Shown here: piece by piece, positions 56,837 through 64,000 of the stretch
Layout: every line of letters begins with the position of its first letter
How positions within the stretch are numbered: the stretch's first letter is position 1
From: Terriglobia bacterium
Lineage (GTDB): Bacteria; Acidobacteriota; Terriglobia; Bryobacterales; Bryobacteraceae
Direction: 5' to 3'
NCBI GenBank assembly: GCA_963739705.1
Contig: CAVUBR010000016.1
Coordinates: forward strand, 58,964-122,963
Length of the DNA: 64,000 nucleotides
Program-made: the position numbers and the translations under genes
Notes under the pieces: generated by a model
The model's database searches: none
Told to the model about the DNA's origin: nothing
Seen by the model: only the letters and a program-made list of their open reading frames with translations

Positions 56837-57913
56837 CTACAGGTGCCGTTTCACGAACGAACAGATGTGATACCCGTCGATGAACTTGAAGGGAGTTTCG
56901 CCTAGCGTGTAGTGGCCGCAAGGCAGCACCACCACCTTGTGATCCAAGCCATGTTTTTCAACCTTGGCGATGATGTCGCGGGAAAATTCCGGAAGGAAGG
57001 TCGTATCATACGCGGCGTAGATAAACAGAGTTTTGTGTTTTCGAGCGGCGAATTTTTCCAGATAGCTGACCGGGCTGATGGCCTTCCAGGACTCGCGCAG
57101 GACTTCCAGATCGACGTGCTCTTCCAGACCTTGGCGGATGTGCTGCGTGGAGAGACCGGTCCAGACCACGTCGGCCACATACGTGGAACAGTGATTGAAA
57201 ACGTTTACGGCGATGCGCGGATCGTGGGCGCTGGCCAGGCATGCGTAGGAGGATCCCAGGCTGGTGCCGACGATGCCGAGGCGCTCGAATCCCTGCATCT
57301 CCAGCCAGTCCAAACAGGAACGAACATCAATGACGGCTTGGCGCGCGGCATCGATGGTGCGGCACACGTTGGCCGAGACGGCATAATCGGCGCGCTGGAG
57401 TTCGGGCGGCATGCGGTAGTCGTGATAGGGCAAGCTGAGACGCAAGGCCGAAACGCCCAGGCGGGCCAGGCCGCGGCAGAGCGCGTTGTGACCGTCGGCG
57501 GGAGCGTTCCAGTGCGGCAAGAGCACCACCGCCTTCTTTCCGCCCTTGGCCGGGAACCACTGCGCGTGCACGATGTTGTTCTCCGGATATGGCGTTTCCA
57601 CCGCGGAGCGAAAGCGCAGCATTCCGTCGCGGAGCGAGAAGTGGGCGGGGCGCTGGTAGGCGAAGAACTCGTCGCTATTCTCCAGCGCGAGGCGGTTGAG
57701 CTTGGAGACGTAATCGGCGGGCGCGTCGCCATTCTTGGGATAGCGGCGGCCGCAGGGCCAGTTCCCGGTCCATTCCAGCCCCCATTCAAAATGGCGGACG
57801 ACTCGATTGGTCGCACGAAAGCAGAGCTGCTGCTCGCGAGCCAGGATCCAGCGTTCGTACCAACCCCGCATGATTCTTTTTTCAGAATACCGGGGTGTCC
57901 GCCGGATTGTCAC
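56837..57913 (-). CDS. Alpha/beta hydrolase (ABHD18/DUF2048-like)
   Basis: 358 aa. Nucleophile elbow IVGTSLGSSY, with later Asp and His candidates (YAAYDTT, PCGHYT). Confidence 0.7.
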   Translation of the reverse strand: MTIRRTPRYSEKRIMRGWYERWILAREQQLCFRATNRVVRHFEWGLEWTGNWPCGRRYPKNGDAPADYVSKLNRLALENSDEFFAYQRPAHFSLRDGMLRFRSAVETPYPENNIVHAQWFPAKGGKKAVVLLPHWNAPADGHNALCRGLARLGVSALRLSLPYHDYRMPPELQRADYAVSANVCRTIDAARQAVIDVRSCLDWLEMQGFERLGIVGTSLGSSYACLASAHDPRIAVNVFNHCSTYVADVVWTGLSTQHIRQGLEEHVDLEVLRESWKAISPVSYLEKFAARKHKTLFIYAAYDTTFLPEFSRDIIAKVEKHGLDHKVVVLPCGHYTLGETPFKFIDGYHICSFVKRHL

Positions 57914-58048
57914 GCGCGTAGAGCCGAAGCGCGGCGGAATCTTCGCGGATGGGGTGTTTTCGGCGTCCAGACGGGCGGCGTCCGAGCGCGGGATACTCCG
58001 TTAAATTCTTGCGAGACTCGTCTGTTAGGCTAGTTCGATGGGTGAGGG

Positions 58049-59555
58049 ATGCCAGCAGGCGCCAAGGAATCTGCCAGGACAATAGCGGTTCACATTACCA
58101 TCGTGATCGGCATCATTGCGGCCATCACGTGGATCGGCTATGGCTTGCTGCCAGTGAACGAGACTACCGCCGGGTTCGCGTACCTGCTGGCAGTCCTGTT
58201 TATCGCCGGCCGCTGGGGGCTGGCGGAGTCGATCGCGGCGTCGCTGACCGCGGTGTTGGCGTACAACTTCTTTTTTCTTCCGCCTATCGGCAAATTCACG
58301 ATCGCCGACCCACAGAACTGGGTCGCTTTGTTCGCTTTCCTGGCTACTGCGATCACGGCCAGCCATTTCTCGCGGCAAGCCAGAATGCGGACCATCGAAG
58401 CGACCGAACGCCAGAAGGAGATGGAAACACTATACGCTTTCAGCCGGTCCATCCTGCTGATTCAGCCCAGCCAATCCGTGGCGAAGCAACTGGCGATGCA
58501 GATTGCGCAGACTTTCGACGCATCCGCGATCGCTCTCTACGACCGCGAGACCGGGCAGATTTATCATTCCGGGCCGGAGGATTTTCCCGACGCCGGCGAT
58601 CAGTTGCAAAAAGCGGCGGTGGAAGGCACGTTCTTCCGCGACAAAGCGCAGCGTTATTACATCGGTGCGCTTGGGCGCACAGCCTATTGGCAGCCTCGGT
58701 TTGCGCGGCGTGGAGCTTTCCGATTCCGCATTGCAAGGGCTCGCCAACTTGGTCGCCATCGGGCTGGAGCGGAGCCGGGCGCACGCCAGCGCCAGCCGGG
58801 CCGAAGCGGCGCGACAGAGCGATGAGTTGAAATCGACGCTATTGGACGCGCTGGCACACGAGTTCAAGACGCCATTGACTTCGATCAAGGCGGCGAGTAC
58901 GGCCTTGCTGTCCAGCGACGGATTGGATCAGGAACAGCGGCGCGAGCTGCTCAGCGTGGTGGATGAAGAGGCCGACCGGCTCAGCATTCTGGTGACCGAG
59001 GCCATCCAAATGGCTCGCATCGAGGCGGGGCGCGTGCATTTGCGGCGCGAGCATCATCAGGTCTCGGCGCTGATTGAGTCCGTGTTGGCAAAGCTGAAGG
59101 GGCGAGCCGAAGAACGCACCATCGCGGTGCGGGTTGCCAGCGAGCTCCCGCCTATCTGGGTGGACCGCGAGCTGATCGAGGTGGCCTTGCGGCAATTGAT
59201 CGACAATGCGCTCAAGTATTCGCCGCCGGACTCGCCGGTGCGGGTGGAAGCGGAAGCGGAATCGGGCCGCGTGATTGTGAGCGTGGCCGATTGCGGGCCG
59301 GGCATCCCGGAAGCGGAGCAGACTCGCATTTTTGAAAAGTTCTATCGCGGCGATACGGCGCGGCATCGCGTTCCCGGAGCCGGGCTCGGATTGGTGATCG
59401 CGCGCGAGATCATCCACGCCAATGGCGGCGAAATATGGGTGGAGAGCAAGCCGGGCGAAGGCTCGATATTCCGGTTCTCGGTGCCTGCCATCGCGCCGCA
59501 ACACAACCCGGTGCGACCGCCGATAATGGTAACGGAGCATGACCAGCACGACTAA
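58049..59555 (+). CDS. KdpD-type histidine kinase core (DUF4118 membrane domain - GAF-like - HisKA - HATPase_c) lacking the KdpD-N/Usp sensor half (one frameshift near 58650)
   Basis: DUF4118 region: ...ETTAGFAYLLAVLFIAGRWGLAESIAASLTAVLAYNFFFLPPIGKFTIADPQNWVALFAFLATAITAS. It continues in ORF 58503..59555 with H-box LLDALAHEFKTPLTSIKAAS, LIDNALKYSP, VADCGPGIP and GAGLGLVIA. Confidence 0.8.
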
Positions 59556-60634
59556 ACGCCGCAGTCCTGAAGAAATCCTGCAACAGGTGCAGGCCGAGGA
59601 GGCGTACGAGAAACGCGGCCGGCTGAAAGTGTTTTTGGGTTACGCTTCGGGCGTCGGAAAATCTTTTCGCATGCTGGACGAGGGCCGGCGGCGGCACGAG
59701 CGCGGCCAGGATGTCGTGGTGGGCGCGGTGCAGCCGCAACGGTCGCCGGAGATCGAAGCGCTGTTGCAAAAAATGCCCGTGATCCCGCTCCGGATTGTGG
59801 ATGGCGTCGCGGTGATGGACGTAGACGCGATTTTGAAGCGTCATCCCGGCGTCGTGCCTGGTGGACGGATTGGCTTACGACAACCCACCCGGCTCGCCCA
59901 ACCACAGCCGCTGGCAGGACGTGGAGCAACTGCTCGAAGCGGGAATCTCGGTTATCTCCTCGGTGAATATTCAATACATCGACGAGCTGCGCGAACAAGT
60001 TGCACGGATCACCGGCAAGTACGTATCGCAAACCGTACCGCGTAGCTTTCTCAATTCCGCGGACGAAATTGTGGTGGTGGATGCGCCGCCGGAGATGTGC
60101 ATCACACGCACGGACGGCGAAGCGGATGGCCGCGCCTCCAGCCAGGCGCAGAAGCTGTCGGAACTCCGCGAGATTGCACTGTTGCTGGCCGCCGACGTGG
60201 TGGACCGCCAGCTGGAGCAGTACCTGCAGCGAAATGGAATCACGCAAACCTTCGGCGCGCAGGAGCGAGTTCTGGTGTGCATCACGCCGCGGGCCAACGG
60301 TGCGGTGATGGTCGCCAGCGGCAGGCGCAACGCGGATCGGTTCCATGGCGACCTGACCGTGGCTTACGTGCGGCAAGCCGAGATTTCCGCCGACGACCAG
60401 GCCGCGCTGGAACGAAACCTCGCGATTGCGCGCGACGCCAAGGCGCACATCGAAATCCTGGACGGGGAGGACCCGGTCGAAACGATATTGCAGTTTGCCC
60501 GCGAGCACGGGATAACGCAGGTATTCGTCGGGCACAGCACGCAAGAGCGGTGGTGGGAGAGGTACACGGGAACCCCGCTGGACCGGCTGATCCGCGGCGC
60601 TAACGACATCGACGTGCGCGTGTTTCCTCACTAG
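59539..60634 (+). CDS. Stand-alone KdpD N-terminal sensor domain plus Usp domain protein, copy 1 (one frameshift near 59857)
   Basis: RGRLKVFLGYASGVGKSFRMLDEGRRRHERGQDVVVG contains a Walker-A-like element, as in KdpD-N. The join reads ...ILKRHPGVV/LVDGLAYDNPPGSPNHSRWQDVEQLLEAGISVISSVNIQY. Removing one C of the CC at 59857-59858 restores the frame. Usp-like C-terminus. The gene overlaps the kinase gene by 17 nt. Confidence 0.8.
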
Positions 60635-60639
60635 CAAGC

Positions 60640-61778
60640 ATGGCAGCATCCCAGGCGCGCGGAAGACTCAAAATTTACCTGGGCTATGCCGCCGGTGTCG
60701 GCAAAACGTACCAGATGCTGGAGGAGGCGCAAGACCTGCGTCGCCAGGGCCGGGACGTGGTGATCGGCTATTTCGAGCCGCACGGGCGCAAAGATACCAT
60801 CGGCAAGACCGAAGGCCTGGAGTTCGTTCCGCGGCGCCGAGCCGAATACCGCGGCACCGATGTTTGAAGACATGGATACGGACGCCATCCTCCGGCGCCG
60901 TCCCCAAGTCTGCATGGTGGATGAGTTTCCGCACAGCAACATCCCCGGCTCAGAGCGGGAGAAACGCTGGCAGGATGTGCAGGTTCTGCTGGACGCTGGA
61001 ATCGACGTACTGACCACCATGAACATCCAGCACCTGGAGAGCCTGAACGATCAGGTGTGGCGAATCACGGGGGTTCGTGTGCGCGAGACGATTCCGGACT
61101 GGGTGATGCAGCAGGCCGATCAGGTGGTGATGGTGGATCTGACGCCGCGCGCTTTGCTGAACCGTCTGGCTCGCGGCGTGGTGTACCCTCCCGACAAGGC
61201 TCTGGAGGCGCTGAAAAACTTTTTCCAGGAATCCACGCTGGTGGCGTTGCGCGAACTGGCGCTTCGCCAGACGGCTCACGAAGTGGAAATCCGGCAGGTG
61301 GACTACAATTCACCGGGCTTTCAAGCCGTCCCCAGCGACGGCGAGGCGACCGATGAGCCGCCGCGGAGCCAGGAGCGCATTCTGATTGTGGTGACGGCCG
61401 ATCCATCCACCGCCATGCTGATCCGGCGCGGAAAGCGCGTGGCCGATTACCTGCACGCGGATTGTTTCGCCGTGGCTGTGTCACGCCAACGGGGAGGGCA
61501 AAGAAGCAGCATCCCAGCAACGCGACGCCGTGGAGCGGCACTTGAACTTCGCGCGCAACTTGCACATCGAAGCGCGCATGTTGGGCGGACACGATGTGGC
61601 CAAGACGGTGGTGGAGTTCGCGCGGCTCAACGGGGTGACGCAAGTGTTCCTGGCCCGGCCGTCAGAAGGCCGCTGGCCCGCCTTCGGTGGACGAAACCTG
61701 GTGCAGCAGGTGGTGCGCCTGGCGCGCGATATGCAGGTGATCATCGTGGCCGACCGGAGCAAGCAGCGGGCGCACTGA
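60640..61778 (+). CDS. Stand-alone KdpD N-terminal sensor domain plus Usp domain protein, copy 2 (two frameshifts, near 60858 and 61483)
   Basis: RGRLKIYLGYAAGVGKTYQMLEEAQDLRRQGRDVVIGYFEPHGRKDT. It continues as MFEDMDTDAILRRRPQVCMVDEFPHSNIPGSEREKRWQDVQVLLDAGIDVLTTMNIQHLESLND, then as the Usp part ...AVERHLNFARNLHIEARMLGGHDVAKTVVEFARLNGVTQVFL (ORF 61530..61778). Confidence 0.8.
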
Positions 61779-61813
61779 GCCGCCGGTCCGCAGTACAATT
61801 GGCCGACGACACC

Positions 61814-62506
61814 ATGCCGGACTCCAAGACTGTTTTTCTCTTTGACGTCGACAACACGCTGCTCGATAACGATCGCGTCACGGCGGACTTGAAGCGCTAC
61901 CTGGAGGCCAACGTCGGACCCGAGCGGTCGCTGCGCTATTGGCAGCTGTTCGAGAGCATCCGCTCGGAGCTGGGCTATGCCGACTATCTGGGAGCGCTGC
62001 AACGCTACCGCCTGGAGCACCTGCACGAGCCCAATCTTCTGGCGGTTTCCTATTTCTTGATGGGCTATCCGTTCGCCAACCGGCTCTTCCCGAACTCCGT
62101 CGATGCGGTGGAGCACGTCGCGCAATGGGGCCGCGCGGTGATTCTCTCCGATGGCGACGTCGTGTTTCAGCCTCACAAGGTGTACCGGTCTGGTTTATAT
62201 GAAATTTTCGAAGGCAACGTTCTGATCTACGTGCATAAGGAGCAGGAGCTGGCGGATGTCGAACAGCGCTATCCGGCCGAGCACTATGTAATCGTGGATG
62301 ACAAGCTGCGAATTCTGCACGCCATTAAGCAAATTTGGAAATCGCGAGTGACCACCGTCTTTGTCCGGCAAGGACACTACGCGCAGGATCCGAAGGTTCT
62401 GTCGCAGTATGCGCCGGCCGATATCAGCATCGATCGAATTGGCGATTTGCTCGAGTACGATGTGAGCAGCTTATGCGGCGGCGCGCGGGCGCGTACGACC
62501 AGCTAG
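61814..62506 (+). CDS. HAD-superfamily hydrolase
   Basis: Start at ATG 61814. Motif I is [12 protein letters not shown]. Later motifs are ILSDGD and VIVDDK. The tracked ORF 60860..62506 is a chimera that runs into this gene. Confidence 0.7.
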   Translation: MPDSKTVFLFDVDNTLLDNDRVTADLKRYLEANVGPERSLRYWQLFESIRSELGYADYLGALQRYRLEHLHEPNLLAVSYFLMGYPFANRLFPNSVDAVEHVAQWGRAVILSDGDVVFQPHKVYRSGLYEIFEGNVLIYVHKEQELADVEQRYPAEHYVIVDDKLRILHAIKQIWKSRVTTVFVRQGHYAQDPKVLSQYAPADISIDRIGDLLEYDVSSLCGGARARTTS

Positions 62507-64000
62507 GCCGTAGGCGCGGCCGCGCGCAGAACCGCGGCCACTATGGCCTGCGCTTCTTCCTGAATGCGTCCGAGATGCTCGCGCCGACAGGAAGCTCTCG
62601 GCGTAAATCTTGTAGATATCTTCGGTGCCGGATGGCCGCGCGGCAAACCAGCCGTTTCGCGCGATGACCTTGACTCCGCCGATGGGATTGTTATCGCCGG
62701 GCGCCGTGGTCAAGACGCGTTGGATCTTTTCGCCGGCCAGCTCGGAGACCGCCAGATCGGCCGGCGATAATTTGGCGAGCGCGGCCCGCTCCCTGGCGTT
62801 GGCGGGTGCATCGATCCGTTCATAGAATGACTCGCCATGTTCGCGCACCAGGTCCGCGTAGATTTCCGACGGATCGCGGCCCGCGCTGGCGGTGATCTCG
62901 GCCGCAAGCAGCGCCGCGATGAGGCCGTCCTTATCGGTGCTCCAAACCGAACCATCGCGCGCCAGGAAGGACGCTCCGGCGCTCTCTTCGCCCGCGAAGC
63001 CCAGCCAACCGTCCAGCAGGCCATCGACAAACCATTTGAAGCCTACGGGTACTTCGTACAGCCGGCGGTTGAGCCGGGCAGCTACGCGATCGATCATGCT
63101 GCTGCTCACCACGGTCTTGCCGACCGCTGCATCCCGGTTCCAGCCGGGCCGGTTGCCGTAGAGATAGTGAACGCAAGCCGACAGGTACTGATTGGGAGGC
63201 ATGAGACCGGAATGCGTGACGATGCCATGCCGGTCGTGATCGGTGTCGCATGCAAACGCAATGTCGAAGCGGTCCTTGAGCCCGATCAGGCCGCGCATGG
63301 CGTAAGGCGATGAGGGGTCCATGCGGATGCGGCCGTCCCAATCCAGCGTCATGAATCGGAAGGTTGGATCTACTTCGTTGTTGACCACCGTCAGGTTCAG
63401 GCCGTAGCGGTCCGCGATAGCAGGCCAATAGTGGACGCCCGCGCCGCCCAGCGGATCCACACCCAGGCGGATGCGCGCGCTTCGGATGGCTTCCAGATCG
63501 ATCACATTTCCGAGGCCGGAGGTGTACTCGGCAATGTAGTCGTGCCGCTCGGTAGTGGAAGCTCTTCTGGCCGCATCGAAAGGTACTCGCTTGACGCCTT
63601 CGAGCTTGTTCGCAAGAAATTCGTTGGCGCGGTTCTGGACAAACGCGGTGGTTTTGCTGTCGGCAGGCCCGCCATGCGGCGGATTGTATTTGAAACCGCC
63701 ATCCTCGGGCGGATTGTGCGAGGGCGTGACGACGATGCCGTCCGCCAAGCCAGTTTGCCGGCCGCGGTTGTAGTTCAGAATGGCGTGCGAAACGGCGGGT
63801 GTGGGCGTGTACTCGCCCTCGGGCGCGAGCATCACGGATACACCGTTCGCCGCCAGCACTTCCAGCGCACTGGCGAGAGCCGGCTCGGATAGCGCGTGCG
63901 TGTCGATGCCCAGGAAAAGCGGCCCGCCGATCGCGTGCTCGCTCCGGTACTGGCAAATCGCCTGTGTGATGGCAAGGATGTGCCACTCGTTGAAGGCCAC
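62503..64000 (-). CDS. pgm: Phosphoglucomutase, alpha-D-glucose phosphate-specific. C-terminal about 500 codons; the 5' end lies beyond the right edge. One frameshift near 62582.
   Basis: Active-site [19 protein letters not shown], Mg site [22 protein letters not shown], and [17 protein letters not shown]. After ESF the tracked frame becomes Arg/Ser/Gly junk. The alternative frame reads [28 protein letters not shown], ending at 62503-62505. Confidence 0.9.

Noticed and set aside
60860-62506. A single 548-aa ORF that looks like one large protein.
   Set aside because: It is a chimera. A genuine KdpD-N segment runs to about 61483. Out-of-frame Arg/Gly-rich read-through follows (…RRRGAALELRAQLAHRSAHVGRTRCGQDGGG…). 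A separate HAD hydrolase then starts at ATG 61814. The true Usp end of the KdpD-N gene is in ORF 61530..61778.
3102-62600. Programmed ribosomal frameshifting as an explanation for the frame breaks.
   Set aside because: The breaks show no shared slippery heptamer or downstream structure. They occur in 12 unrelated gene families that are single-frame elsewhere, and some come in compensating pairs. Indels, whether errors or mutations, fit better.

Overview
This is a 64 kb high-GC chromosomal segment. Spot counts of 60-nt lines give about 62-66% GC, apart from a 50-57% stretch at roughly 19.3-24.8 kb. It is gene-dense, with about 49 protein genes. I found no rRNA, tRNA, CRISPR array, transposase or integrase.

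The family content points to Acidobacteriota of the Solibacter/Bryobacter type:
- a PadR plus ADOP duplicated-permease pair
- two proteins ending in TIGR03437-like 'Solibacter C-terminal' Ig modules
- an SBBP beta-propeller protein
- a CarboxypepD_reg-type TonB-dependent receptor

Confidently recognised genes are thrS, mutY, pgm (partial), an RND efflux pair, a fused indolepyruvate:ferredoxin oxidoreductase, a penicillin/AHL acylase, S8 and S9 peptidases, an ECF sigma module, an FAD/Fe-S oxidoreductase, a class V aminotransferase and two histidine kinases.

Main caveat: by hand translation I find about 17 places in 12 genes where an obviously continuous protein jumps reading frame, often at short homopolymers. 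The supplied ORF track therefore splits or fuses many genes. The coordinates below are frame-corrected gene spans. This looks like indel error rather than mass pseudogenisation, but I cannot prove that from sequence alone.

Most interesting loci:
1. A divergent stress-type cluster at 44.2-50.1 kb. One arm is an eRF1-like (baeRF-type) protein plus a membrane protein. The other arm is BON, tandem Usp, a polymerase-less PolX HhH protein and an erythromycin-esterase-like protein.
2. A split KdpD at 58.0-61.8 kb: a kinase core followed by two stand-alone KdpD-N/Usp sensor genes, with no kdpFABC or kdpE in the window.
3. A low-GC PadR / ADOP permease / unknown 7-TM protein operon next to a decaying toxin-antitoxin patch (19.3-24.8 kb).
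4. A bacterial homologue of plant EXORDIUM/Phi-1 (15.8-16.7 kb).

All functional calls come from motif recognition by eye. No database search was run.
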